From assembly GCA_964574445.1 (NCBI GenBank), contig CAZNNQ010000006.1, positions 1,322 through 65,321 of the forward strand: 64,000 nt of DNA. Reading direction: 5' to 3'. Position 1 is the stretch's first letter. Each line of letters opens with the position of its first letter. Shown here piece by piece: positions 30,414-40,796 of the stretch. The notes under the pieces are model-generated. The model saw nothing but the letters and a program-made list of their open reading frames with translations. It searched no databases and had not been told where the DNA came from. The position numbers and the translations under genes are program-made. The stretch comes from an uncultured Eubacteriales bacterium. GTDB taxonomy: Bacteria > Bacillota > Peptococcia > Peptococcales > SKKY01.

Positions 30414-30806
30414 CTAAATTAACCATGGGAAAAAATAATGTACGAATATAGCAATTACCGTAACTAGGCCTCCGACTTTATGGAACTTTCTCCATTTAGT
30501 TCTGAGGCTTTTTGTTTTTCCACCTAGAAAGGTTAAAAGCATAAATATAAGGGCCATTATTATTAGGGATCCCGTGTGTAATCTAAGGCCTCCTAGCATT
30601 AAATAACCATGATAACTTCCTAGGATTATCGATACTGAGGCGAAAATCGGATGTATTTCCCTTAATATTTTATATATTTTTTTATAGATAGGATTTGGTT
30701 TTTTTGATAGTTTTTTTACAAAAAAATACTTATAAACTACAAAAGATACAACCCAGAATAAAAGAAATAATGTAAAATAGCCTAAAAGTCTCGGATCAAT
30801 TAACAT
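30414..30806 (-). CDS. small integral membrane protein, function unknown
   Basis: The ORF has 4 predicted TM segments and overlaps the end of the upstream Na/Pi transporter gene. I chose the internal ATG as the start. Confidence 0.55.
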   Translation of the reverse strand: MLIDPRLLGYFTLFLLFWVVSFVVYKYFFVKKLSKKPNPIYKKIYKILREIHPIFASVSIILGSYHGYLMLGGLRLHTGSLIIMALIFMLLTFLGGKTKSLRTKWRKFHKVGGLVTVIAIFVHYFFPWLI

Positions 30807-32505
30807 TCTCTCCAACCTCATTTCCTTTTAAATTACTATCTTTACAGTATATATAATTACCCACAATTTCATTTATATTAAGCTGAACTTTAAAAAAATT
30901 ATCTCCAATGTTTTTTACAACGTAATTTATGTAGTTTATATTGTCATAGTAGCTAAACTTTTTAACTGTAATATTTTTTAGTTCTTTATTAATTACATCG
31001 GCCTTTGCCTTATTTACAGTCAAAGCCTCTAAATATTCATCTTCACCTGTTTCAATTATTTTCTTACATATTTCAATACTTTCAATAGTTATTTCTCCTA
31101 ATTCATTAATCTTTTCATAAAAAAACTCAGGAAGAAAAATATCATTTTCTTTTTTATAAATAATGGTCTCTATAATGTTTTGAGCATAGTCCCCAATTCT
31201 TTCAAGTCCCTTTATTGTATCGAAAATAAAAAACGTGTTTTGAGAAGCTTCTCTTTCTTTAGCCCCATTACCCTTAATTTGGACTGTATAATCCCTTATA
31301 TTTTCTCTTAAAGAATCTATCGCATTTTCTAACTTTTCCCCTTTATTTATTAACACAGGTAAGGTTTTTTGTGTACTGTTTAAGACTCCTAAAGCATTTT
31401 CAATGCTATACTTGGTCAGTTCAACCATGTGCAAAATTTCCTTACTTACATTTTTATAAGCAAGATATGGGGTTTCAAGAAGATTAAGGTCCAAGTTAAT
31501 TTTATATATCCCTCTATCATCATCTTCAGCTGGCTTAACCACTTTCTCTACTAATTCTTCTAAAAAGCCAAGAATAGGTATAAAGGCTAAAGCATATCCT
31601 ATTCTAAAATAAGCATTTAAGGATGCTACCTTCATCTTTCCATCTAAAAAATCCCAATTCCCTATAAAACTTTCATATATAAACTCCATACTGTTCAAAT
31701 AAAAACCCGAAATAAACAATGGCATAAAAAATAGTGCCCCTACAATATTAAAAAGAAAATGAAATGTCGCTGCTTTTCTTGCCTCAATTCCAGTATTGAG
31801 ACTCGCCAAAGCTGCAGTAATTGTTGTTCCTACCGCCGTACCTAATAAAACAGGAATCAATTGATTTAATGTTATAACTCCTTGATAAAACATCTCTTGC
31901 AAAATCCCAACCATAGCACTACTTGATTGTATAATTGCTGTAAGAATGGTTCCCACAATAAGTCCAATAATAGGATTAGTCTCCACTGTACCTAAAAGCT
32001 GATTAAAATAATGGCTCTCTTTAAGTGGGAACATGCTTTCTCCCATTAAATTCATTCCAAAAAAAAGAATACCAAAGCCAAATATTGCTCTTCCATATTC
32101 TTTCCTAATCTTATTTTTTCCCATCATTCTAAAAAACATTCCAATAGCAACAAAAAGTAAGGAATAATTACTTAACTTTATACCAATAATAAAGCCAGTA
32201 ATTACAGTTCCAATATTAGAACCGATAATCAAGGTGGCTGCTTGCCTAAAATTAATAAGCCCCGCATTCAATAGACCTATAACAAGTACAGTTGTTCCAC
32301 TTGATGACTGAATCAAAGCAGTAAAAATCGCACCAGAAACTAGCCCCCTGAAGACAGTCTTGGTGGAATGTTCAAGATAATATTTTATTCTCTTTCCGGC
32401 AACCCTCTGTAGAGATTCACTCATAGCCATTAATCCATATAGAAAAAAGCCTAGGCCTCCAAAAAAAGTTATGAGAACAATTGTATAATTATCATTAACT
32501 TCCAA
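30796..32505 (-). CDS. Na+/phosphate cotransporter family protein with C-terminal PhoU-like domains
   Basis: The 569-aa ORF has an N-terminal polytopic domain with repeated QSSS.T/QSSSA motifs and a soluble helical C-terminus. Confidence 0.85.
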   Translation of the reverse strand: MEVNDNYTIVLITFFGGLGFFLYGLMAMSESLQRVAGKRIKYYLEHSTKTVFRGLVSGAIFTALIQSSSGTTVLVIGLLNAGLINFRQAATLIIGSNIGTVITGFIIGIKLSNYSLLFVAIGMFFRMMGKNKIRKEYGRAIFGFGILFFGMNLMGESMFPLKESHYFNQLLGTVETNPIIGLIVGTILTAIIQSSSAMVGILQEMFYQGVITLNQLIPVLLGTAVGTTITAALASLNTGIEARKAATFHFLFNIVGALFFMPLFISGFYLNSMEFIYESFIGNWDFLDGKMKVASLNAYFRIGYALAFIPILGFLEELVEKVVKPAEDDDRGIYKINLDLNLLETPYLAYKNVSKEILHMVELTKYSIENALGVLNSTQKTLPVLINKGEKLENAIDSLRENIRDYTVQIKGNGAKEREASQNTFFIFDTIKGLERIGDYAQNIIETIIYKKENDIFLPEFFYEKINELGEITIESIEICKKIIETGEDEYLEALTVNKAKADVINKELKNITVKKFSYYDNINYINYVVKNIGDNFFKVQLNINEIVGNYIYCKDSNLKGNEVGENVN

Positions 32506-32524
32506 TATATATCACCCGCCAAAA

Positions 32525-33199
32525 CTATCTGACTTTCTTTTTAATAAGATTCTTTCTTTCTTTAAACAATGCAATTGCCGCAAATATAGGAATACCAATT
32601 GTAACAATCATACTGATTTTGTTTATTGTTCTTGTTTCTAAGTAAATCTTTGTTTTTCCTGATTGATTAATTTTCCAAGTATAAATATCTTCGCTATCTT
32701 TTATTTCATCAGCATTGTTTTCTTCTGCTTTATTAGGCAAAGTCAAGGAAAAATTCATAGAATTAAATTTTACTTCATCAAGTCCAAGCTCACGAGAAAG
32801 AAACTCTTTAGCTATGTCAATGTCATATTCAAAATCAAAAATATATTTAGTTGAAAGCCAATTTTTTGAAAATTCAAGAGGAATTCTACCATCTTCGTTA
32901 CCCATAACTGCTGTAGGATCAAATATTGTTCTAAACCTAGGAAGATAAACACTAGCATTTACAACTATAAACTCTCCTAAATCTCTTTTTTCCACTGTAT
33001 AAAGATTTTCTTCAAGCTTTTCAATATAATCTTCTAATAATTCTGGATCGTATGTTCTTTTATCTATAACCATTGCATAAGAAAGGTCTCCCGAACCATC
33101 TCCATTAACTTTAATATCAACTTGTCCATCTACACAACCAGAAGTAATTAATGCTCCAATTAACAATATTAATACAAAAAAAACTTTCTTATTAAACAT
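32525..33199 (-). CDS. putative lipoprotein with a C-terminal TM anchor, function unknown
   Basis: I chose the start MFNKKVFFVLILLIGALITSGC (lipobox LITSGC), which has GGGAGA 8 nt upstream. It overlaps the sdaAA stop by 8 nt. A hydrophobic helix lies near the C-terminus. Confidence 0.65.
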   Translation of the reverse strand: MFNKKVFFVLILLIGALITSGCVDGQVDIKVNGDGSGDLSYAMVIDKRTYDPELLEDYIEKLEENLYTVEKRDLGEFIVVNASVYLPRFRTIFDPTAVMGNEDGRIPLEFSKNWLSTKYIFDFEYDIDIAKEFLSRELGLDEVKFNSMNFSLTLPNKAEENNADEIKDSEDIYTWKINQSGKTKIYLETRTINKISMIVTIGIPIFAAIALFKERKNLIKKKVR

Positions 33200-34073
33200 T
33201 TTTCTTTTCTCCCTTAACTCTTTTTTCAATTTCTAAGCCCGTTGGCGTAATTGCCAAACCGCCCTTTCCTGTTTCTCTTAAAATTGCCGGTAAAGTTTTG
33301 CCTATTGTATCCATTGCAGAAATAACCTCATCAAGAGGAATGACGCTTTCTACCCCAGCAACTGCCATTTCCGCTGAAACCAAAGCAAGAGTTGTTCCCA
33401 TTACATTTCTTTTAGCACAAGGCACCTCAACTAAACCGGCAACGGGATCACAAACAAGGCCAAGAACATTTTTTAAAACCATAGCAGCAGCATTAGAAGA
33501 ATCCTGTGGCGTTCCTCCTATAAGTTCTACCGCTGCTGCGGCTGCCATTGCAGCAGCAGATCCGCATTCTGCTTGACATCCACCCTCAGCACCAGAAATA
33601 GATGCTCCTTTTGCAATAATAATACCAAGACCTGAAGCAGTAAACAAAGCATCAACTATTTCTTGATCTGAGGAATCATATTTTTCCGCACAAGCCATCA
33701 TAACTGCTGGAATTATTCCAGCAGAACCCGCTGTAGGAGCAGCAACTATTTTACCCATAGAAGCGCTGACTTCTGCAACAGCCAAAGCTCTAGCAGCAGA
33801 TTTAAGATAAATATCATTGCTTTTGTTTTTTTCCATGTAAGAAAATATTTTTTTACCTTCTCCACCAATGAGTCCACCCATAGAAATTTGAGGTTCTTCT
33901 AATCCTTGAACCATCGCTTCTTGCATAATTTTCCATTGCGAGCTCATTAACTCAACAATATTCTCTATATTTTTTTCCTGTTTTTCCTCTTCCCAATCCT
34001 TAATTACTTTACTAATTTTGCAATTTTCCTGCTCTGCTTTTCTTACTATTTCACTAAAATAATTATAATTCAT
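33192..34073 (-). CDS. sdaAA: L-serine dehydratase, iron-sulfur-dependent, alpha subunit
   Basis: The 293-aa ORF contains AAPTAGSAGIIPA and GGCQAECGSAAAMAAAA, typical of SdaAA. Confidence 0.9.
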   Translation of the reverse strand: MNYNYFSEIVRKAEQENCKISKVIKDWEEEKQEKNIENIVELMSSQWKIMQEAMVQGLEEPQISMGGLIGGEGKKIFSYMEKNKSNDIYLKSAARALAVAEVSASMGKIVAAPTAGSAGIIPAVMMACAEKYDSSDQEIVDALFTASGLGIIIAKGASISGAEGGCQAECGSAAAMAAAAAVELIGGTPQDSSNAAAMVLKNVLGLVCDPVAGLVEVPCAKRNVMGTTLALVSAEMAVAGVESVIPLDEVISAMDTIGKTLPAILRETGKGGLAITPTGLEIEKRVKGEKKNV

Positions 34074-34161
34074 TCTTTTTACACCTTTTTCTAGAATATA
34101 TGTTTTATTATATCTCTTTAATGGTTATAAATACATAAGAAATTAAAAGGAGGTAATTACT

Positions 34162-35841
34162 ATTATTAAGAATATTTTAATCTCCGGAGCTGCCGGACAG
34201 GGTATCGATACAGCTGCTGGTATATTAGAAGATGCTCTTTTCAAATCAGGATTTCATGTTTTTAGCAATAAAGATTATATGTCTAGAGTTAGGGGCGGAA
34301 ATAATTTTATACAAATAAGATTTTCTTCTGATGAAGTTTACAGTCAAAGCAATGATTTTGATTATATCATTCCTTTAGATGCCCTTGCTTATGAACAAAA
34401 CAAACATTTATTAGATGAAGTGCCTTTTATAATGGACCTTACTTTAATTCAAGATTCTCATGAAAATGCTCTAATTGAAGATTTTAAAGGAATTGCAAAA
34501 GATGCTGGGAATGAAAAGGCTATAACTAGTGCCTTACTTGGTTATCTATGGAAAGTTTTTGGACTTGATGCTGATATCCTTGAAGAAACTATAAAAAAGA
34601 CCTTCCCAGAGAAACTTGCAGAAATTAACATTTTAGCAAGTAAGGGTGGCTTTAAAAAAGCAAAAGTTCAAGAACAGCTTTTATCTAAAGGAACTTCAAA
34701 AGATTACATTTTCATAAATGGAAACCAATCTATCGCCTTTGCTGCATTAATGGCAGGATGTAAATTTTATTCTGCATATCCAATGACTCCTTCAACCTCA
34801 GTAATGAATGAATTAGCTACATATTCAGAAAAATATCCAATTATCGTTGAACAAGCTGAGGATGAGATAGCAGCTATCAATATGGCAATAGGTTCTTCCT
34901 TTGCTGGTGTAAGATCTATGACTGGAAGCTCAGGAGGGGGATTTTCTCTTATGGTGGAAGGTCTAGGGTTAGCTGGAATTAGCGAAACACCTCTGGTTAT
35001 CGTTGATTCTCAAAGACCAGGTCCTGCAACAGGCTTTGCTACAAGAACTGCTCAAGGCGACTTAAGTTTTGTGCTAACTGCTTCTCAAGGTGAATTTCCT
35101 AGAGTAATACTCGCACCTAAAAATCAAGAAGATTGCTTTAATCTTACTTTTAAAGCCTTTGATATTGCTGAAAAATATCAGGTTCCAGTATTTATAATGA
35201 CGGATCAATTCCTTTCAGATGCAAGAAAAACAATTGAAGCTTTTGATCAAGATGACTACAAAAATACTTCATATTTTGCCGATTTAGAAGGCAGCAGTGA
35301 TTACAGTTACGAGAGATACAAAATTACCGAAAATGGTATTAGTCCCAGAATTTATCCTGGCCAATTTAACAACCAATGTGTACTACAAGATAGTTACGAA
35401 CACGATGAAAAAGGCCATGATACAGAAAGTGCATATTTTGGTAAGGCAATGATGGAAAAAAGAATGAAAAAACTAAATAATTTTTATGAAGATATAATGG
35501 AGCCAGAGATAGTTGGGATTCCTTACTCCGAAATAATGATTCTTTCTTGGGGATCAACATATGGTCCTCTAAAAGAAGCAATAAAAAAATTAAATGATGA
35601 AGATATTAATATTTTCGCACTGCACTTTAACTATATATGGCCTCTACCAAAAAAACATCTTGAAAAATTTTCTAGTAGAGTTAGCAAAATTATTACTGTT
35701 GAACACAATTATACGGGTCAACTAGGCAAATTAATTAAACAAGAAACTGGCATCTCAATAACCGATAAAATCACTGCATACGATGGGCGACAAATGTCTC
35801 CCGAAGAAATATACAACAGGATCAAGGAGGTGCTGAAATGA
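34162..35841 (+). CDS. 2-oxoacid:ferredoxin (acceptor) oxidoreductase alpha subunit with fused N-terminal gamma domain; apparent ATT start
   Basis: The reading frame is open from the TAA at 34144. It encodes IIKNILISGAAGQGIDTAAGILEDALFKSGFHVFSNKDYMSRVRGG (gamma-domain signature) upstream of the first ATG (34279). No ATG, GTG or TTG occurs in that stretch. AAGGAGGT lies at 34147-34154, and the ATT at 34162 is 8 nt downstream of it. Confidence 0.75.
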   Translation: MIKNILISGAAGQGIDTAAGILEDALFKSGFHVFSNKDYMSRVRGGNNFIQIRFSSDEVYSQSNDFDYIIPLDALAYEQNKHLLDEVPFIMDLTLIQDSHENALIEDFKGIAKDAGNEKAITSALLGYLWKVFGLDADILEETIKKTFPEKLAEINILASKGGFKKAKVQEQLLSKGTSKDYIFINGNQSIAFAALMAGCKFYSAYPMTPSTSVMNELATYSEKYPIIVEQAEDEIAAINMAIGSSFAGVRSMTGSSGGGFSLMVEGLGLAGISETPLVIVDSQRPGPATGFATRTAQGDLSFVLTASQGEFPRVILAPKNQEDCFNLTFKAFDIAEKYQVPVFIMTDQFLSDARKTIEAFDQDDYKNTSYFADLEGSSDYSYERYKITENGISPRIYPGQFNNQCVLQDSYEHDEKGHDTESAYFGKAMMEKRMKKLNNFYEDIMEPEIVGIPYSEIMILSWGSTYGPLKEAIKKLNDEDINIFALHFNYIWPLPKKHLEKFSSRVSKIITVEHNYTGQLGKLIKQETGISITDKITAYDGRQMSPEEIYNRIKEVLK

Positions 35842-36683
35842 ATTCAACATTTAATAATGATTTTGAAATTGCCTGGTGTCCTGGTTGTGGGAATTATGGA
35901 ATCTTGAAAGCTCTTAAAAAAGCTTTGGAAATGTCTGGTAAAAAACCTTCTGAAGTCACAATCGTTTCTGGTATTGGACAATCAGGAAAAACTCCACATT
36001 ATGTAAATACAAACGGTTTTAATGGCCTTCATGGCAGAGCATTACCTTTAGCTACAGGAGTAAAAATTTCAAATCCAGATCAGCTTGTTATTATACATGG
36101 TGGAGATGGGGATGGTTATGGTGAAGGAGGAAACCACTTTATCCATTCCATGAGAAGAAATCTAAATCTGAATTATTTTGTTCATAACAATCAAATTTAT
36201 GGGCTTACAAAAGGTCAAGCTTCTCCAACCAGTGCTATGGGAACTAAGTCTGGAATTCAGCCTGCAGGAACAATTATGGAACCAATAAACCCATTAAAGC
36301 TTGCAATGAGTATGGATTGTGGTTTTATAGCCCGTGGCTTTTCAGGAGATACTGATCATCTTGCTAATCTAATGGTAGAAGCTTTTTCTTATGAAGGATT
36401 TGCATATCTTGATATACTACAACCTTGCGTTGTCTTTAATAAGGTCAATACTTTCCAATGGTACAAAGAAAAAGTATATAAACTAGAAGACGACTATGAT
36501 TATACTAATCAGGAGAAAGCTTGGGAAAAAATTAATGAATGGGATAATAAAATACCTCTTGGAATAATATTCAAAAAAGACAAGAAGGAATATTTTGAGA
36601 AAGCCTCCTTAGCTAATCCTCCTCAAGTAAAAAACACTGATCCTAAAATTTATTGGAATGAATTAATTGAAATGTATAAATAA
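35838..36683 (+). CDS. 2-oxoacid:ferredoxin oxidoreductase beta subunit (TPP-binding)
   Basis: The 281-aa ORF contains WCPGCGNYG and GDGDGYGEGGNH. It overlaps the alpha gene by 4 nt. Confidence 0.9.
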   Translation: MNSTFNNDFEIAWCPGCGNYGILKALKKALEMSGKKPSEVTIVSGIGQSGKTPHYVNTNGFNGLHGRALPLATGVKISNPDQLVIIHGGDGDGYGEGGNHFIHSMRRNLNLNYFVHNNQIYGLTKGQASPTSAMGTKSGIQPAGTIMEPINPLKLAMSMDCGFIARGFSGDTDHLANLMVEAFSYEGFAYLDILQPCVVFNKVNTFQWYKEKVYKLEDDYDYTNQEKAWEKINEWDNKIPLGIIFKKDKKEYFEKASLANPPQVKNTDPKIYWNELIEMYK

Positions 36684-36687
36684 ACTA

Positions 36688-36725
36688 AAAGGTTCCGTTT
36701 CTTAATTTTCAGAAACGGAACCTTT
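36688..36725. terminator. bidirectional intrinsic terminator between the oxidoreductase beta gene and ppnP
   Basis: A 15-bp stem AAAGGTTCCGTTTCT / AGAAACGGAACCTTT has T-rich sequence on the plus side and A-rich sequence upstream. Confidence 0.85.
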
Positions 36726-36728
36726 ATT

Positions 36729-37007
36729 TTAACTATAATAACATGAATAAACTACATCTGTTTTTGCATTAACTTTAAAAGACTGTTTAGCCTCTACTTC
36801 AAATTCTTGACCTTCTTTTAGGTCAATTATCTCTTCTCCGGGTATCTTAACCTCAAGATTCCCTGAGATTATTACCATTCTTTCATGAAACTCTGTTGAA
36901 AACTCATATTCACCAGTCTCTATAATTCCAATGGTCATGTGTCCATTATCGTTGTTAAAACCCAGACTTTGAACCTTGCCTTCAAAATAATTATTGTGTT
37001 TTATCAA
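36729..37007 (-). CDS. ppnP: pyrimidine/purine nucleoside phosphorylase PpnP (DUF1255)
   Basis: I chose the TTG start 7 nt after GGAAGGGG. This gives MIKHNNYFEGKVQSLGF..., which matches the PpnP N-terminus and length (92 aa). The ATG in the track has no SD. Confidence 0.8.
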   Translation of the reverse strand: MIKHNNYFEGKVQSLGFNNDNGHMTIGIIETGEYEFSTEFHERMVIISGNLEVKIPGEEIIDLKEGQEFEVEAKQSFKVNAKTDVVYSCYYS

Positions 37008-37072
37008 CCTAATTCCCCTTCCATTAAAAACTAACATAAATTATTTAATAATTTTTAATATTTTACCAGAAA

Positions 37073-39685
37073 CTAGGCCTTGTGTCTAACAACAAAATAG
37101 CCGTGAGAATTTTTGTCAATCAGAACTTTTTCTCCCTCAGTTATCTCACCTTTAATAATCATTCTAGCAAGCATTGTTTCAATACTATGTTGAATAAATC
37201 TTTTTAAAGGTCTTGCACCATAAATAGGATCATAGCCTTCTGTTGCAGTTTCCTCTATTGCTTTTTCTGTAAATTCTATTTCGATGTTTTTCTCCTTTAA
37301 ACGTTTATTCAAATCATTCAAAGTAAGTTTAACAATTTGAGAAATCTCATTTTTCATTAATGGTTTGAAAATTATAATATCATCTATTCTATTTAAAAAT
37401 TCTGGTCTAAAGTTCATTCTAAGTTGTTGCATTACCTTTTCTTCAGTGCCTTCACTAAAGGTCCTATCCTCTTTAATTCCTTCAAGAAGAAATTGTGAAC
37501 CAAGGTTAGAGGTCATAATTATTACTGTATTTTTAAAATCAACTGTCCTGCCCTGAGAATCAGTAATCCTTCCATCATCTAGGACTTGAAGAAGAATGTT
37601 AAACACATCATTATGAGCTTTTTCTATTTCATCTAGTAAAATTACTGAATAAGGTTTCCTTCTAACTGCTTCGGTAAGTTGGCCCCCTTCTTCATATCCT
37701 ACATATCCAGGAGGAGCTCCTATAAGTCTTGATACAGAGTGTTTCTCCATATATTCACTCATATCAATTCTTACAATGTTATCTTCTGAATCAAATAATG
37801 CTTCCGCTAAGGTTTTAGCTAACTCAGTTTTTCCGACTCCTGTTGGACCAAGAAATACAAAGGAACCTATAGGTCTTCTTGGATCTTTAATCCCAGCTCT
37901 AGCCCTTATGATTGAGTCTGCTACCAAAGAAACCGCTTCATCTTGACCAATAACTCTTTCTTTTAATATTTCATCCATTTTTAATAACTTTTCTCTGTCA
38001 CTTTCAGCAAGTTTGGATAAAGGAATTCCAGTCCATCTTGAGATTATCTCTAAAATTTCTTCTTCGCTTACCTCTTCTCTTAATAATGAGGTATCTGTTT
38101 TTGATAACTTAATTTTTTCTTCTTCTTCCCTTAACTTACTTTCAAGAAGTGGCAATTTACCATACTTTAATTCTGCAGCTTTGTTTAAATCATATTCTCT
38201 CTCTGCTTTTTGAATTTGATAATTAAGATCATCTAATTCTTCTTTGATTTTTTGCAATGAGTTAATTGCATTTTTTTCATTTTCCCACTGCATTTTCATA
38301 GATCCATATCTATCCTTAAGATCAGCAAGTTCTTTTCTTATTTTTTCAAGCCTTTCTAAGCTTTTGGGATCTTTTTCTTTTTTAAGAGCAGCTTCTTCTA
38401 TTTCTAATTGCATTATTTTTCTATGAACATCATCAAGTTCAGCCGGCATAGAATCAATTTCTGTACGAATCATTGCACAGGCTTCGTCAACTAGATCTAT
38501 GGCCTTATCGGGAAGGAAACGATCTGTAATATATCTATGAGAAAAAACTGCTGCACTAACTATTGCACTATCCTGTATTTTTACACCATGGAACACCTCA
38601 AAGCGTTCTTTCAAACCTCTTAAAATAGAAATAGTGTCTTCTACTGTTGGTTCATCAACCATAACTGGTTGAAATCTTCTTTCTAGTGCAGAATCTTTTT
38701 CAATATATTTCCTATATTCATCCAAAGTAGTGGCACCTATACAGTGAAGCTCTCCTCTGGCAAGCATTGGTTTCAGCATATTACCAGCATCCATGGAGCC
38801 TTCTGCTTTTCCTGCACCAACAATAGTATGAATTTCATCAATAAAAAGTATTACTCTTCCTTCAGCATTCTTAACTTCTTTTAAAACAGCTTTTAATCTT
38901 TCTTCAAATTCTCCTCTGAATTTTGCACCTGCAACTAAAGAACCCATATCCAAAGAATAAATTTCTTTATTTTTTAATCCTTCTGGCACATCACCTTTTA
39001 CAATTCTGTGAGCTAACCCTTCTGCAATTGCTGTTTTTCCTACTCCTGGTTCTCCAATCAAAACAGGATTATTTTTTGTTTTTCTGGATAAAATTCTGAT
39101 TACATGCCTTATTTCATTATCTCTGCCTATAACAGGATCAAGTTTATTGTTTTTAACTGCCTGAACTAAATTCTGAGCGTATTTCTCCAATGCTTCATAG
39201 GTAGCTTCCGGATTATCACTTGTAACTCTCTGGTTACCTCTAATGCTTGCTAAACTAGTTAGTACTTTATTTCTATCTAATTGAAATGCGTCAAAAATAG
39301 ATTTTAATCCCGTTTTTTGACCTTCAGATATAATGGCTAACAATAAATGTTCAACAGAAATATAATCATCTTTCAAAGATTTCTTTTCCTCTTCTGCCTG
39401 TGCTAATGTCTTTTGCATATTTCCGGAAACATAAATTTTTCCTTCTTCAGTCCCTGCTATTTTTACTGATGGTCTTTTTGAAAGTTCTTTTTCTACCGAT
39501 AATAAAAAGTTTTCTGGACTGATTTCAAGTTTTTGTAAGATCCTAGGAACCAAGCCTGATTCCTGGGTTAATAATGCAACTAATAAGTGTTCAAGATCTA
39601 TTTCTTGATGACTGTTTAATAACGCAATATTCTGAGCTTCCTGTAAAGCTTCTTGAGATTTTTGGGTAAAATTATTCAAATTCAT
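37073..39685 (-). CDS. clpB: ATP-dependent chaperone/disaggregase ClpB
   Basis: The 870-aa ORF has two AAA+ modules (GEPGVGKT and GPTGVGKT) with a long middle coiled-coil domain. Confidence 0.95.
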   Translation of the reverse strand: MNLNNFTQKSQEALQEAQNIALLNSHQEIDLEHLLVALLTQESGLVPRILQKLEISPENFLLSVEKELSKRPSVKIAGTEEGKIYVSGNMQKTLAQAEEEKKSLKDDYISVEHLLLAIISEGQKTGLKSIFDAFQLDRNKVLTSLASIRGNQRVTSDNPEATYEALEKYAQNLVQAVKNNKLDPVIGRDNEIRHVIRILSRKTKNNPVLIGEPGVGKTAIAEGLAHRIVKGDVPEGLKNKEIYSLDMGSLVAGAKFRGEFEERLKAVLKEVKNAEGRVILFIDEIHTIVGAGKAEGSMDAGNMLKPMLARGELHCIGATTLDEYRKYIEKDSALERRFQPVMVDEPTVEDTISILRGLKERFEVFHGVKIQDSAIVSAAVFSHRYITDRFLPDKAIDLVDEACAMIRTEIDSMPAELDDVHRKIMQLEIEEAALKKEKDPKSLERLEKIRKELADLKDRYGSMKMQWENEKNAINSLQKIKEELDDLNYQIQKAEREYDLNKAAELKYGKLPLLESKLREEEEKIKLSKTDTSLLREEVSEEEILEIISRWTGIPLSKLAESDREKLLKMDEILKERVIGQDEAVSLVADSIIRARAGIKDPRRPIGSFVFLGPTGVGKTELAKTLAEALFDSEDNIVRIDMSEYMEKHSVSRLIGAPPGYVGYEEGGQLTEAVRRKPYSVILLDEIEKAHNDVFNILLQVLDDGRITDSQGRTVDFKNTVIIMTSNLGSQFLLEGIKEDRTFSEGTEEKVMQQLRMNFRPEFLNRIDDIIIFKPLMKNEISQIVKLTLNDLNKRLKEKNIEIEFTEKAIEETATEGYDPIYGARPLKRFIQHSIETMLARMIIKGEITEGEKVLIDKNSHGYFVVRHKA

Positions 39686-39697
39686 ATCTCCACCACC

Positions 39698-40639
39698 TTA
39701 ATTAAATATTTCTTTTGCTTTTTCAATAAATTCAACTTGTTCATGGGTTAAATCTTTAGGTATTTTTACTTTAATTTCTAAAAACAAATCCCCTTTTCCA
39801 TCTTTTGATGGCATCCCCATATCTTTTATTCTTAATTTTTGGTTGCTTTGTGTTCCTGCCGGTATTTTAATTTCTATATTTTTATCGAATATATTTACAT
39901 TTTTTTTAGTACCTAATATCGCCTCATAAAATGGTATTTCAATAGTTCTAATAATATCTTTACCATCAAGTCTATACTTACTATCATTTGCTACTACAAT
40001 TTCTATTATCAAATCACCAGATGGTCCACCACCAAGTCCTGGATCTCCCATATTTTTTAATCTTAATTTATTACCAGTTATAGAACCCGGTGGTATATTA
40101 ACTTGATACTTTTTTTGTTCCGGTGTATTTATTACTATTGTTTTTTGCCCTCCATTATAGGCTTCTTTAATACTTAATGTAATCTTAGCTTTTCTATCTG
40201 AGCCTTTGGTTCTAAAAACTTCACGACTTTGTTGCGATCCTCTTCCTCTACCACCAAAATCTGAAAACCCAGAAAAACCACCACCGAAAATTGATTCAAA
40301 AAAATCACTAAATCCAGATGAACCCACCCCCCCAGAAGAATAGGTGTATTGTTGATATCCACCTGGAGCACCTCTGAAACCAGCAAAATCACCTGGATTA
40401 AAATCTTGACCACTTTGCCAGTTTTCTCCAAATTGATCATATAACTTTCTTTTTTCAGGATCCTTCAATACTTCATAGGCTTCGTTAACCTTTTTAAAGG
40501 TCTCTTCTGCATTCTTTGATTTATTTACATCAGGATGGAATTTTTTTGCCATTTTTTTATATGCGTTTTTTATTTCATCCGCAGTTGCTTTTCTTTCTAT
40601 TCCTAAAATTTTATAATAATCTTGGTATTTTACAGACAA
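39698..40639 (-). CDS. J-domain co-chaperone lacking the zinc finger (CbpA-like DnaJ homologue)
   Basis: The 313-aa ORF has a J domain (YYKILGI...KKFHPDVN), a G/F-rich linker and two C-terminal beta domains. It has no CxxCxGxG repeats. Confidence 0.85.
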   Translation of the reverse strand: MSVKYQDYYKILGIERKATADEIKNAYKKMAKKFHPDVNKSKNAEETFKKVNEAYEVLKDPEKRKLYDQFGENWQSGQDFNPGDFAGFRGAPGGYQQYTYSSGGVGSSGFSDFFESIFGGGFSGFSDFGGRGRGSQQSREVFRTKGSDRKAKITLSIKEAYNGGQKTIVINTPEQKKYQVNIPPGSITGNKLRLKNMGDPGLGGGPSGDLIIEIVVANDSKYRLDGKDIIRTIEIPFYEAILGTKKNVNIFDKNIEIKIPAGTQSNQKLRIKDMGMPSKDGKGDLFLEIKVKIPKDLTHEQVEFIEKAKEIFN

Positions 40640-40677
40640 GGATAAAACCTCCCATTAATTAGTTTTCTATGTATAAT

Positions 40678-40705
40678 ATTATAACACAAGGTCAATAAAG
40701 GTCAA
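40678..40705 (-). promoter_or_regulatory. putative sigma-A promoter of the cbpA-like/clpB operon
   Basis: The minus strand reads TTGACC (40705-40700), a 16-nt spacer, then TGtTATAAT (TATAAT at 40683-40678). Confidence 0.6.
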
Positions 40706-40725
40706 TAGGTCAAAGAAGGTCAAAT
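40690..40725 (+). promoter_or_regulatory. two tandem CtsR operators (four GGTCAAW heptads)
   Basis: The sequence reads GGTCAATaaaGGTCAATaGGTCAAAgaaGGTCAAA. The second pair matches the CtsR consensus (A/G)GTCAAANAN(A/G)GTCAAA exactly. The heptads overlap the -35 box of the clpB-operon promoter. Confidence 0.8.
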
Positions 40726-40796
40726 TATTAGTTCTAAACATTTCTTTAAAAATTAAGTATACTAATATTAAATTAACTCAGAAGAGAGGTTCTTCA

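Noticed and set aside
40174-40440. 88-aa minus-strand ORF in an alternative frame inside the J-domain gene
   Set aside because: It is a same-strand, out-of-frame read-through of the G/F-rich linker region of a well-supported gene. It has no independent translation signals.
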